Shown piece by piece: positions 29,101 through 42,600 of a stretch of DNA of 64,000 bases. Made by a program: the position numbers and the translations under genes. The notes under the pieces were generated by a model. The model ran no database searches, was not told the origin of the DNA, and saw only the letters and a list, made by a program, of their open reading frames with translations. The DNA is from Tubiluchus corallicola (Eukaryota > Animalia > Priapulida): positions 164,768 to 228,767 of the forward strand of contig JAQGDQ010000372.1 of the NCBI GenBank assembly GCA_030141605.1, in the 5' to 3' direction. The number at the start of each line of letters is the position of its first letter. Position 1 is the stretch's first letter.

Positions 29101-32100
29101 TTATTGATGATGGAATTAGCATTCCAGGACAAGCGAACAAAGGCGTAAACGAGTTTTCACCATCGAGGTCGCCACAGTCGAAAGGTGAGTTTATGACGCT
29201 TATGATCTAAATTTGCACTAATCAGAGCCTCGTGGAAACTCGTTTTTCAATTTTAATATCAGTTGTTGTATAAATGAACATACCAGAGTTGATAAAATGA
29301 AACGAAACTTAGAAAGACGCGGCTGAGTATTGGATTCGAACTAAGGCGCTTTTCGCCAAAGGCCATAGCCACTAGACCACACAGCCACTTGTGATTAAGA
29401 CAGGTCTACGTTCAGTCGCAGCAGGCTGACAACCAATCAAACGCATGCAATCATTAGACTGACGTTTTTAGAGTGATCACTATACGATTAAATTACATGT
29501 TCTTGTTGATGTAGAGCCAAGATAATTCGTTTCTGATTAATTATTTATAATATAACTTCCAGAAAATAATGACGTGTAATATTCACAATACCAGTTATTG
29601 ATTAAAGAGCAAAATAATTTGGTTAAAGTTTATTTATTCTTGTGGTTAATGCTGCTTGCTGATTATTGTTGTTTATTGTGTGGCGTGTGAGATAGCCACG
29701 ATGGGCATGGCAAACTATCAAGACTTTATTTAATGAACTATACTTATGTGCAGAAGCCCACGACGCATTAGGCAGTTAAACAAAAGTGTTTTGAGGTCCA
29801 CACCTCGAGAAAGATTAGGAACTGACTTGAGGACGGAGGGCTGGCATTACTATCCTCTTATATTTACCGTGTTGTGTTTGTTGTTTAATAAATGTGTAGT
29901 TTATTAAACAAAGTCTTGATAGTTTGCCATGCCCATCGTGGCTGTCTCACACGCCAGACAATAAACAACAATAATCAGCAAACAGCATTAACCTCAAGAA
30001 TAAATAGACCTTAACCAAATTATTTTACTTAAAGGAATCCAGAAATCGCACTTACAATACAATGGTCATGGCGTTGGACGTAATTTAAGTTTCTAGCGAG
30101 ATCTTATTCAAAGTGGTGCGTATCTAACTGAACATTTGGCAAGTTTAGGTCCAAGCTATCTATGATAGATTCTTGTCCGTAATCCTGCCATCGTGACCGT
30201 AGGAGAGATTCAACAGGCAGAACTTCCTAAATCTCAGACGATCAGTGCTTTCTTGGCCACATAGTTAATTTCAAGTAGGCGCATAGAGAGATAATATGTA
30301 AAGTGGGTGCGAGTATCTGTGTAAACTCTTCGAGGGTAACGATGTCCTAGAGTTTCTGCTTCCGAAAAGTTTTAGAAAAGTGACAAAGTTTTAAATTTTT
30401 TATTATAAGAACAATATCCGTCTCATAAACAACCCACTATAATAAATTTTAACAGATTTTTAGTAAGAAAACTTTTAGAAGTTGATGTCCCATACATACA
30501 TTTAGTAACATTGAGTTTATTGGGGAGAGTTGGGGTAGATCCTTGCTTCTTCAGTCAAGTAAATGTTGCCTCAGCAAGGGCTTATCCCTTCAACGATCAG
30601 CCCTTCACTGTTGTAAGTCACAAGGTGCATCGTGCAGCCTGCTGTGAACTGGAGACCCACAGAATAGGTAATAGAGGGTAAGCTATGATCTACACTGTGA
30701 TGAACCCAGCTGTAACTGTGCATGCGCCCGTTTGCGAGGCGGGAGCGACAGGTTGATCCGATCTCCGAACTCGACCTCTTGATTTTTAAAACATAGGAGA
30801 TCTGATCTCCGAACTCGACCTCTTGATTTTTAAAACATAGGAGATCTGATCTCCGAACTCGACCTCTTGATTTTTAAAACATAGGAGATATGATCTCCGA
30901 ACTCGACCTTTTGATTTTTAAAACATAGGTTAAGCTTCAGCCCAGACAATAGCGCCACTCGACGACTTAATTTTGAATGGAAGGAGTTATTAGAGACAGG
31001 AGCGAAATATAGTATCGGATCTCCGGAGCCTGAAAGTATTTCTTGTGTTAATCTATAACTACAGGCGTTAATTGGGTATAAGACCCGTGGAATCTTCACT
31101 CAGTTCTTGACGGAAGTAGTTCTCAGCGTAGCTAGTTGAACTGACTTTTTAAACATGTCGTCTTAAACACAGTTTTTAAAAAAACTTTATAAAACTCCAG
31201 ATACATTCTACTTTACAATACTTAAATACTTTATGAAAACAATTGAATTTGGCTCAAAGTGAATGGTAATAGAGAAACTGACCGATGTCCAGTGTCATAG
31301 ACCCTTTTGTAGAGGTCACCATTCACCACACCACCTTTCAGGCTTCTATCCTATACCAATCTATAAGTTTCTTGACTCTAGCCATCTGCGTTCGGTAATA
31401 GAAAACCTGACCGGTGTCCAGTGTCTTTGACCCTTTGGTAGAGGTCACCATTAACCATACCACTTTTCAAGGGTATCTCCAATCCTGCCCCAGATGCTTA
31501 CCCTGTACATTTCTAGTTTGAGAGTTAACACGAATTAAAACGTGGGAGTATTGGATGCCTAACGTTAATGACGAAACATCAGCATATAAGTGTGACCAAA
31601 TAAATGAAAATGTTTGAAAACCTTGCCTGCTTACGTATACATGTATTAGTAGCGTTAGGTTTCCCAAAAAACATTGACGTTTAATAAAAACTTGGATAAT
31701 AATGCATATTGAAGATAAAATTTTAGCGTTTTGCCTTACAGAGGAAAGCGAGGACATTTCAGTAACAAAGATGAAATCGCAGGAAGCTTCCTCCTCCAAA
31801 CGTAGCAAAACCTCGAAGAAAGAAAAGAAAGCTGGAAGGTCAAGAAATAAATCAGGTACTGCAGTTTTGTTATTACATACTTTTTACTATATGGATAAAT
31901 TTATCATGTAATTAGGTACCTTAAGACATCTCTGCATGTTTTTTAACTAGCAAGTCATATGCAGTCACTGTTTCATCAAAATAACCCATGTATCAATTTC
32001 AAGGAGCTTTACTGTGACTCCTATCATTATAAAGTTAAGCTGTGCAGATGACTTATGCTTCATTATACATTATTATTATTTGTACATTTAAATGTTTTGT

Positions 32101-32284
32101 AAGGAGGAACACAGAATCATAAATAAAATTGTTTTAAATTTCTATTTCAGACTGGGTTTTTGTAGATCCATTGGGAGAAGGAGGAGATGATATGTACATA
32201 GACAGGCTCTTGCTCATCCAGGCCTTGCAGCATGACACAATTCAGTGCGAGAGGTCACCTAAGAAAAGTAAAAAAGGAAAATGA
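26118..32284 (+). CDS. Uncharacterised, largely disordered 376-aa protein with His/Arg tract; exons 26118..26235, 28420..29184, 31742..31855, 32151..32284
   Basis: Three phase-1 introns with canonical GT/AG. The exons total 1131 nt and stay open to TGA, with an in-frame stop upstream of ATG 26118. Contains RRHHRHHHRHHRHRRK, a coiled-coil-like segment and C-terminal DWVFVDPLGEGGDDMYIDRLLLIQALQHDTIQCE. Confidence 0.75.
26400..27051 (-). mobile_element. 5'-truncated non-LTR retrotransposon (CR1/L2-group) fragment: RT ORF C-terminus plus 3' UTR
   Basis: ORF HTPPIFKRQNFLNIYDINKFQTAIFMYK...HNYGTR...RKFSIKYNGP...SLSIFKK is typical of CR1/Crack/Daphne ORF2 tails, followed by an A-rich tail. Confidence 0.85.
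29318..29388 (-). pseudogene. tRNA-derived sequence (SINE head or tRNA pseudogene)
   Basis: Minus strand GGCTGTGTGGTCTAGTGGCTATGG...GTTCGAATCCAATACTCAGCC has Pol III box A and box B. The anticodon arm is too short for a functional tRNA. Confidence 0.5.
29608..30029. mobile_element. Foldback MITE with ~130-bp terminal inverted repeats
   Basis: 29608..29740 is the near reverse complement of 29897..30029 (e.g. GCCACGATGGGCATGGCAAACTATCAAGACTTT). Confidence 0.85.
30760..30928. repeat. 44-bp tandem repeat, ~4 copies
   Basis: GATCTCCGAACTCGACCTCTTGATTTTTAAAACATAGGAGATCT starts at 30760, 30804, 30848 and 30892. Confidence 0.92.
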
Positions 32285-32741
32285 AAAAAGTTCGAATTAT
32301 TGACCATGAGTATGCCATATTTACTAAGGCAACAATACTGCCAGCTTGGTGTTGGTTTTCTCAAAATGTGTCTTAAATTTGACGACTCAAGTAGTCAAAT
32401 TTTTATGTGGACTATTAGCTATTACTGATTGAAGAGACGACTAATGGTGCCTTATTGATTTTGTTCCAAGTTTTATATTATACCAAGTTATGAATATAAG
32501 AGATGCTCACAGTCAAGTGTTATATTGGGTCATACTAAATGGCAGCGTGATTGGCTGTGATGCAGATTACTTGATTCTGTGTGATATGATATAGTATGAC
32601 ATAAGATGATGCGACACAGTACTGTATAATATAGTGCAGTTGTGCTGCACTGCACTATACTGTAATCTAGCAAGTTTTTTAGCATTGTACTGTAATGTGT
32701 TCTGTACTGTACTGATACATGATGTAATGATGTTATGATAT

Positions 32742-33219
32742 GTTGTTGGCATCCTTCTGTCTCGGAAGACAATGGAGTGTGCGCCGATCCGTGAACCACT
32801 GGAGTGGCTCCAGGGCGCACACCTGGGCAAGGTGTATGGAGATAATGACCTGCCCAGACAACAGGAACCCCCTCTCTTCTTCCCTGATGTAGTCCAAAGG
32901 AAAACGGAGCGATACGTTTGGCACCAGGAGCTGCCAGAGTCAGTGAGCATGCCGCACTGGTCCGCCTTCGGGGCTCCACTCCTGATTTGGAAGGTTTACT
33001 CCTCTACACATGGCCATTGGGTCACTTGACCTCCTCCGCCCTCTAGCCATTTGCTGCTTGTGCAGCTCCTAGTGTCGAGATACAGTGTGGGCATCCCGCA
33101 AGCCTACAGCACCTGGTATTCCTAGGTGGTCACCCAACCAAGTACTAACCAGGCTCTACATTGCTCAATTTTGGTGATCAGACGAGAACCGGTGTTTTCA
33201 ACGTGATATGGCAGCAGAC
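32742..33219 (-). mobile_element. 5S rRNA-derived SINE (SINE3), 478 bp, full length
   Basis: A 119-nt 5S head, a ~350-nt GC-rich body and a (CAA)n tail, flanked by the 10-bp TSD GTTATGATAT at 32732..32741 and 33220..33229. Confidence 0.85.
33101..33219 (-). rRNA. 5S rRNA-like sequence (head of the SINE; probably not a functional 5S gene)
   Basis: GTCTGCTGCCATATCACGTTGAAAACACCGGTTCTCGTCTGATCACC...GGTTAGTACTTGGTTGGGTGACCACCTAGGAATACCAGGTGCTGTAGGCT is full-length invertebrate 5S with several substitutions. No oligo-T terminator follows it. Confidence 0.8.
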
Positions 33220-33625
33220 GTTATGATATAGTAGCGTTTTATAAATGGCATTGCTGTCTTATAAGCCAAACACAATGCAGAAACTTTTGTAAATGCAAGT
33301 AAAATATTGTAAACATGATTATATTTACAAAAATGAGACTTAATAAAGAACTCCACTATATACAATTTCAACAAGATTTAAAATTATAATTATTGCAAGT
33401 AAATTACACTAAATTTGATATATCCCCCCATTGATTTCATATAAATGTGGGAAGCACAACTTAACGGCTCATTGAACTCAAACAAAAACTAATGTCAATT
33501 TTAAACACCAGGGCAAGTTATCACATACACTAGCAAAGCTTCTAGCCATAAGCATTTAGTGAGAAGAGATCTCTTGGCACTTGTACCAAAAGCGAGGTGT
33601 TTCACTTCACCTCAGAGATTGGCTA

Positions 33626-36600
33626 TCACGTCTCATCTTTGGTTATCTGCATCAAAACTAGAACTGCATCAATGCCGTGATTATTGGGACAGCTCAGGAC
33701 ATCGGCTCGCACTCTGGTAAAAAGTTCATTTAGTATTTCCGTTTTCTCTTCTGACGAGCGATCGTTGATCAAAGCAGACCGGAACGTGCCTTCAGACCAA
33801 CTTCTAACACTGTTGACGTAACTACAAGCAAACTCCTGAGCTGAAACAGGAAGAAAATTAATTTTAACATCATTTTAAAATACTACCATATTACATACAA
33901 TATCTTACAAACCAGATAAGAATATGACAACTAAAAGCACATGATAACAAAGAACATATGTGTACACAAGATAACAAAGAACATATGTGTGCATAAGATA
34001 ACAAAGAACATATGTGTGCTTGCATAGCAAAATCGTCCATAAGTCGGCAGTTAACCTTTTCTAGTTATTCACATATCCTGAACATCCATTTCATGAGGAT
34101 CATTTTGATACCAAGCTGACCTCTCTATGTTATTTTTAAGCTGAGGTAATCCACGACGAAGTTGAGGCGCAAGCTACGCACTGAAAAATGTAATCATAAG
34201 AAACATGCTGTTAAAGTCAGTCATTGTTTTTTATCGCATTTCTACAAAACACTTAACAACCGTACAGAAAAGTGTGGTTGCTATGGATTTTACAAGATCA
34301 AATTGAAGTTACGTTTAAATCCAGTAGATGGCACTTCCTAACGATGATCTGGTCTTGTCAACAGAAAAAACCCAAAGCAAAATGGCTGTTTCCACAAGAT
34401 GCAGTTGGAGTTTGAAGTTTTTTGCAATTGCATTACTAGTTTCTAGATAGAAAACTGGGTAAGGAGTTAGACCAAATTAGATTTTTAGTATTTCTTGGAC
34501 ATTTTGCTGATAATTTGATGCTAGAATATAAAAGTCCAATATATTTCGCATTTGTTTTCATAAGAAAAAAATTATATTTGACTAAATTTCTGGTGTTTTC
34601 TACTGTGAAGCATCATAATGTAAATTTAACTATGCTGACTTATGGACGGTTTTGGTTTACAAGCACACATATCATGATGAGAATAAATTGAGCTGAAACA
34701 ATTTAAGCTATAAAAATTGATAAAAATTTTATTCAAATATCAAAGCAATAAAAGAAGTTACTAAAAAAACTTTAATTACATTAATTACGAAATGAAATAC
34801 AAACAATCCGACATCCGTGTGTGCTAAAGCGAAATAAAAAATTGTTTCACAGAATTATTATTTACCTAAATATTTTGCAAAACAAACACTACTTGATTTG
34901 CAAATCAGAAACAAGAGTTTTGTCTGCCCTGTGCAGTAGTTATGTCAGAAAACCTAAACAATTGCAGAGTGACAACTAACCAATGATCGAGAACAAATCA
35001 TGCGTAATTGACGGAAACGGTAGCCTGTGTCACCGTTGCCATAGAACTTTTTTCTGCAAGTGTTTTTTGTTTCTTTCTGTGATGTACTTTCTGTGTGTCT
35101 GTGTGCATACAGGTGAAGTAGAGAGAATACAAGATGACTACAAAATAAGTCAAACCAAATTTGTTTGATGTTTATTGTTCTCTAACTTTCGTGTGCACTA
35201 GGCTTATGAGAAAAAAACAATTTTTAAATGTTTACAATTAACAATTTTTAGTAACAAGTTAAATGATTTTCGTAAAGTTCGTCAGACAACAATTAAAGCA
35301 ATTAGATAATGCCAAGCAAAAAAACAACTGAATATACTTTGTGTAACAATACCATAGATATGGTTTGTGTAGATCAAAGATCTTGGTGATTGCTTAGAAG
35401 TGTTCTGCATTATAGACTGTCATGCTGCTCTGATCTTCTTTGTTTAAGTTCCTAATTAGTTTAATAAATACTAATTTATTATGCACGCATTTGTCTGGTT
35501 GCTGATATTATTGTAGCGTGTAACACTTTGTAGCTTAATTTTATCAAAGTAGTATTCAAAGTTAATCCTGTTCAAAGTATTGAAATTTATAGAAAATAAA
35601 ATCGAGTTTCCTGTTCGGAAGAAGTCTTAGCAAACGAACATGTTACTTTGAACAGCATTAACTTTGAATAGTAGTTTGATAAAATTAAGCTACAAAGTAT
35701 GTTCAGTTGTTTTTTTGCTCGGCATTATCTAATTGCTTTCATTGTCAATTCAGTGGAAATGAAGCAACTGACAGACTTGTTTTTAAGTTCTCTCTGCGCA
35801 GAGGTTACCAGCTTGGAGGTTCCTAGGTACAATGCGTTCGTTTACTCGGACTTCTTCGGAACAGGAAACTTGATTTTATTTTCTATAAATTTCACACCGA
35901 TAAGCAGGCCAGAAATTTACGAAGATGGTCGTGGACGGGCTGTAGAGTCCAACAAGAAACTCCTGCCAAGTTCCACTGCTGTTCCACGTATTAAAACAAG
36001 AATGCTTAACCAAACTTCATGATAAAAGAAGCCACTTACATTCCTCTTCTGATCTGGTACCGGTCAGCCAGCGATCACGTAGTGGACAATAGAAGTACTT
36101 TGTGTTCATTGACATGAGCCGAAGTCCCATTTGATACACAGAGGAATTTCGATCCAGAAACGGTGCTCCGTGTTCCTCCTCTGTGCGATGGTAGGTGCAA
36201 AAGAGCGCACTTCTAAATTCAGCCTAGGTAAACAAACCAGAATCAACAGAGCATAATAACAAGAAAACATAAATTTCTGAAGCGACATGTGAACATGTGA
36301 AATTTCTGAAAAGACCTTCATTATGTGGAAAACTTACATACCCAGCGTTCATAAACACTGATTTCTGTTACTAAACCAAAGAAGACAAGAACTTGAATAC
36401 TTGAAAGAAGTCTAAACTAGATGAGGCAATGTGATCTCTCTAATAAACGATTTTTTGGCTTTCACACCAGCTTTGTTGCTGACAGTGGTTGAAAAACATG
36501 AGCAACTAATACTGTAGCTTATTACCTACATTGCTTAGTTCATATGTATCGGGTGGCACTGAAAATGTGCCGAAATTTAGGTTATAACAAGATTAGAAGC

Positions 36601-39600
36601 AAGTACTTATGAAGTTGAAATTTCACATCGTTAGAGCTTTTGGCTGTTGGCTACAAGAGTTACAAGTATATGGTTTTAGTAATTCTTCTGTTATGACCAA
36701 ACAACTTTTGCATGTTAAAAAATTAAATGCCGGAACAATGTTAACTAAAGTGTGAATGGAAAAACAACCAAACTAATATATAAAGCACTTAACACATGCA
36801 ATGAAACACAAAAAGAAACAGTCGATATATTTGCATCACAGTCTTCATGACAAAAATTAAAACATTTGCAAAGATTTGTTATCTAGAAAAAAAATAGGAC
36901 TCAGTCCTTCTGGAGTACAGAAAGTGTATAATGGCCGCATGCAGCCATTACAGAGCTGTTAAACGCAGAGCTGTTAAAGCAAAAATTCTTAAGTGCTGGG
37001 ACCAAATACCCCTTAAGGAAGTGAGAAAGTGTTGTGGAGATCGCTGACGTCAAGTAGAATTGCATAGAACATCGTAGAATGTTCCGTCGGAATGACCGCC
37101 TTAGCGCCTGGATTGTTCTCGAACATTTGTTCGAGAAGTTTCTGCAGTGCGCTATATAAGGCGAAGCACGCTGCCGACACGGGATCACACAGAGAGCACA
37201 CAGATCTAACACGGACTTATACTTATTCTTGTATACTTACTTAAACGTTTTCCAGATTTTCACGTTTAGTATAATCATTTCTCGTTCCTTCATACTTGTG
37301 TTGTAAGAATTCTCGCTCAATAAAGTAATAATATTTAACGGCGTCGTTTTCTGGTTTTCTCTACGAGCCTTCCGAGAGAAACAAAAGACAACAGAAACTG
37401 TGCCTGTTGTTGGAGGAAATGTCTTCAACAAGTTTTATAATCTACTGAAATGATTGATACATTTATTTTTTTGACTTGTTGTCTGAAAAATTTAGTATGT
37501 TTAGAAAACCTATGGAAATGATCTAAAATTTTTGATATGTATACAAAAGCATCTGTCACATCTACAACTATAGTGCGGTAATTTTCAAGTGATTCTACCA
37601 TTTTCTTTCTTTTATAATATCCTGATCAAAATTTCAGCACATTTTTTGCACTACTGATAACGGCAAAGTTTTCAATTTTAAACAACTGACCTACATTTCA
37701 TCGAACAAAAAATAAATAAATAAATAAGTAAATACACTTACATCAGTGATATACTTATCATCCCGCAATGACTTCCAATGCTTAGAAAGTACAGAAAACA
37801 CAGGACATCGAATGCGCTGAGTTTTGCCAAATGTTTGTTCTTTATGATCTGTCGAGTAATTAAGTAAGACTAATTGACCACCTAAAGAAAACAACAAACC
37901 GAAGTTATAGCTAAATAATATCACTTCATTTGGTGAATATATTTAAATAAGTTAATGCAAATAATTATACATTATGTCAAAAATAGCAATAAGTTTTGTA
38001 TGCATAAAAATAGCCATTTTTGTTTTGTTTTCATAGTTTTATTGATGTTTTACGTAGTTTTTTCTGCTTTTCTTGCTACCTGTATTTGCCTAGTTCTAGT
38101 TCAGGTAATACAGTTGCAGTTTTGGTAGTGTGAGTTTACTGTAAATGAGTGGTGGCTCCTGTATAGGTACTGAGGAACTGCAGCACCCCCTATTTCAATT
38201 CGATACTATCGATAATATTCAATATAATAAGTCTTTTTTCTTTAGTTCTTTCTTTATACTTGTGTTAGGGTTAGGGTTAGTGAAGGCAGTACAGTTTGTT
38301 TCACAGTCCGGCACAGTGGTGTGTTCGGCTGTTGAGCGCATGCAGCCATGTGCACATGTCTGAGATAACACACTGTACCCTCCACTGCTAGCGTCTGCTG
38401 CCAAATTGAGAAAGTACTGATGCTCACACAGGTTGTTACCAGTTGTCACATGTTTACCATGAATGGATCAAACTTGAACTGCGACAATTTAGGCTATTAG
38501 TAAACAAAAATTTTTTTTGATTAAGATTTTATGAAATTTATGTATAAACTTTCGTATGTTTGTTTGTTTAAAATTAATATTACAAATTACAACATTAAAA
38601 TTACATATGTTTGTTTCATTTTACACAGTATTAAAACAATGGGTAAAATTTTTCCGAGGATTAAAAGATTAATAGAAATTTACCAATTCATTTTACAGAA
38701 CAATACACTGCCAAGTAATGTACTATACTCTTAGTAATATTGTTGTCTGTATTTACTAGCATGTAAAAGATTCTGCACATTTGCCAGTGTCTGCTTTCCC
38801 ATTACAATGAGCGTTTATACACGTGTAGAATTAAAATGATAAGAAGAAACACAGGTGTACAGTGCTAGACAATAATTAACTAATCATTAAAACTTGTGCT
38901 GGCACAGCAAACTTGGTACTAACTGTTGTGTTTTGTTTCTCTCGGAAGGCTCGTAGAGAAACCAGAAAACTCGTCGTCAAATTAAACTAGTTTATTAAGC
39001 GAGAATTCTACAACACAAAAGTATGAAGGAACGCGAAATGCATACAGTAAATGTGATAATCTGGAAAACGTGAAAGCGTGAAAGCAAGAAAGTGTATCTG
39101 AGACTCTGAGAATCTGAGAATGTGAGAGAATAAACTCCAGCGGACAGCTCCGCCTTATATATCAGCGCCAGGGAACAATCTAGAAATAGAAAGTTCTCAA
39201 AACTTCTACAAAGTAAGAAGATTGTTCTACTATACAATAAAACATTCTACAATATTCTATTTAATTCTAGTCGATCTCCACAACACTAACATACTCCAGT
39301 TGTTTTTAAGTTAATAAACTGAAAACCTGACATTAAACAAAGAAGACTAAAGGTGGTGCAAGAGGCCCAAATTTACACTATATACTTATGTACAAGTCCA
39401 ATTTTTGGGAGGCGATTTTAAGGTGAAATTTTTGGGGTCGATTTATACTTATGATATGTTTTTTGGGAGATGTCGCTAAAGAGTTGTCTACTATACGAAT
39501 ATGTAAAGAAATAATCCTTCATTATACGCTGGACTGAATGAACACTCATACTGTGACCCTTAGCATTACAAACAATTATGTATGATGAAAGGCCAGGTTG

Positions 39601-42600
39601 CATTATCATGGATTGCATTGAGGGCCCTCAACATGAACACACACCCACACCCACACCCACACGCATGCACAACACACACACACACACACACACACACATC
39701 GGGTAGGTATAATATACTTGGCCCAAGCACTTGCATGTATCTTAAACACTAACACAGTAGGCTGTTGATTTATTACTCGGCCATTGTTGACATCATTTAC
39801 TGTGGGAGATCTTAATATTTTATGGTTGACTTGTACACACGTAATATATAAAATGATGCAATTTTTGGTCTTAAAATGCACATCGACTTGTACACACATA
39901 TATACGGTAAATTACACATCTGCATTTGGCTCTCCTTGCAAAATTCGCAAACATTTCCAGCCTATACCCATTTTTATGGTCTAGAGTATCATAATTACCA
40001 GGTGCCAGTTCTCTGCCTCTGTGCAAAATAAATGTCTCCCAATCTTGCTGTGCTTGTGCCTTGAATGCCATACAATCATTCCGTTCCGTTAACAAACTTG
40101 AATGCAGCTCTTCTGAGGTTTTGCACGGCCTAAGAAAGCAAATACAAATAGTTTATGATCACGCAGTTTACTATCATCATACTATGAGGTAAAGTGAGCA
40201 GTCGAGCAATTGCTGTAGGTGCTTAGTGGACAAAGTTAAACATTCCCAGAGCCGGTCTCTGCATGGATGGGTGACCGACTAATTTAACCTTGCCCTGGAC
40301 AGTTTTATGTTTTATATAGGTATTTACCCTTGTCGCAGGAGGACATACATACACATGTAAAAAGGAAAAGTAAAAAATGAAAAATAAAGAAGAAAAATAG
40401 ATGCTTGTTAATGAGTAATGATTCTCTGCAATGGACAGCGGCATATTTTACAGCAAAACATGGTACAGAATCCAAAGGTACAGCAGGCAGAACACAAACG
40501 TCTAACACACGTCAGATTCGTAATGTATTTTGCTTGTAATTTGCAAGAGAAAACATTGCTTGAGCTATACGTCATTCAATGAAAAGTTTTCTACTCTTTC
40601 ATTCACTAATATAATGAAAATATAGCGGTAAAGGAAACAGATCAACATTTATTATGCTAATTTTATTTTATTACGAAAGCACCAAACAACAATGCAATAT
40701 AGCAAAATACATTATGATAACATAGTTACATTAATTTCATAATAAAATTGACATGGCACGATATCTACATAAATTGTTGCTTGCATTATAGTCAGAAGCA
40801 TTACTTATGTGACTGTAATGCAATAAACAGAAAGTGCTTTCTGTACTTACCATAGAAGCAACATGAAATGTTGTTATTGTAAAACCAGAAGGCAGTTTTT
40901 GAGCATATTTTTGTAATTACAGTTAGGGACAAGAAAGTTTACTATCAAAAAAGATCATCAAAATATTGAAGCAGTTTTGTTAATTTACCTTTGAGAAAGT
41001 CGGTGCGTGGAAAATGCTGAAAACCCAAAGTTAACTAGACCATCAGGTAGGCACTTTTTATGACACGGTGTTGCACTTGCCATAACGTTGACTCCCGGTA
41101 CAAAATTTGTCACTTCTACAAGTTAAAAACTGCACAGTAAATTAAAAAAGGCAAAAAGAAAAAGAATTAATATCCTACACCTACTGCAGCAGTCATACCG
41201 CAATCCTGGTACAGATTATGCAAAACAAGGCATCATTGATAAATCTTTAGAGCTGATGTCAACATAGCGCAATCTATTATCTTTCTTCCTACCATTTCCA
41301 CTAACACATCCTTCTACCCTTCCTGTGTGATCTAACCTTTCTCCCAGTTCTTTTTTTGTTCACTCATCCATTCCTTTTATCAGGTTCACATGACAGTGGG
41401 CTTAACAATTTTGATGTCACTGTCTGCTTAATGTCATTATATTGTACTGAATGTGATAATAATGAACTAAAAACAAAGAAAAGGAAGAAACTATTTGAAA
41501 CTCAACAGTTTCTCACACACAGTTTAAGGAAAAAGGAAGAAGCTATTAGAAACTCAACAGTTTCTCACACACAGTTTAAGGAAAAAGGAAGAAGCTGTTA
41601 GAAACTCATCAGTTTCTAACAAACAGTTTTTATAATAAAATCTTCGTGATAAGAAAACAGCAATTTATGGATGTGTAAGCACCGGCAAGTTGAAATTTAT
41701 TTAAGATTCTTAAACAAGTTAATGTCATTGCAGTGTTGTAGCACTGAAAGTGTAAATAAAGGCAAACAACAAAATCAAAAATGAAAACCTACACCTTCAT
41801 TACCTTTCATGCATGAAAAAAGAGTGTTGAAATCATTATCTGGTTGCTCTTGAACAATGAGGTCAATGTCAAAATTGGAATCACGCTTTGTGTTTCTAAT
41901 GTAATCTGCAACAAGATAGCAAAATTAGGTTTGGGACCCCTTATTCAACATACCTGTAGAGCTTGCTATTGCAATGACATCAGTACTAAAGCAGTATCCT
42001 GGTAACCTAAAGTGATGTACTTACCACATATGTTGTTCATGAGAGAATAAGTGAATTCACCATTTCCTGCACCATAGTTGCACACCACAAACGGCTTTCC
42101 CTTGGTTTTATCAAATTTTGCTTGATCTTTGAAAAAAATTGAAAAAGCTGCATTTAAATGATGATCACTGATGCAAAATTATATCAAAACCGGAAAGAAC
42201 ATTCTGTAAATAATGCAAAATCAATAGTCATAAAAATAGAGTGCAATGCAGCACTGAGAAAAGAGAAAGAAGTTGTAGTTTGTGCTTAGTAACCTAAATT
42301 AAGCAACACTGAGACTGTTCAATGAATGGATTGTTGACTACCAGATTAAAATGAAGCTCAGTGCAGTCCTGGGAAAGGGGAACAACAAAAAAGTTGTAGT
42401 TCAAGCTTACTGCTTACCAACCTAAATTAAGCAACACCGAGGCTGTTCAGTGAATGGATTTGTGGCCACCATAATACTCTTTCTGAGAGGTTTATTTGCC
42501 ACACTGATTCTTACCTTTTTGAGAATGTGGCTGATACACATTTGCTGGTTCAGCGTCTCAACTTTTTCAGTCGATTTATCTTATGATTAGCAAAATCCCG

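Noticed and set aside
32530-33029. Overlapping ORFs of 63-149 aa
   Set aside because: They fall in the GC-rich SINE body, with no recognisable protein motif or splice structure.
33101-33219. Functional 5S rRNA gene
   Set aside because: Single copy, several substitutions, no T-run terminator, and embedded in a TSD-flanked SINE.
41490-41620. Hammerhead ribozyme core (CTGATGAG on the minus strand)
   Set aside because: It is part of a short tandem repeat, with no correctly placed stem II and GAAA or cleavage triplet.
42515-42579. Extra exon of the methyltransferase gene (DKSTEKVETLNQQMCISHILKK) with a good GTAAG donor
   Set aside because: It ends in phase 0 whereas the next exon needs phase 1, and the frame closes without it. 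At most it is a poison or alternative exon.
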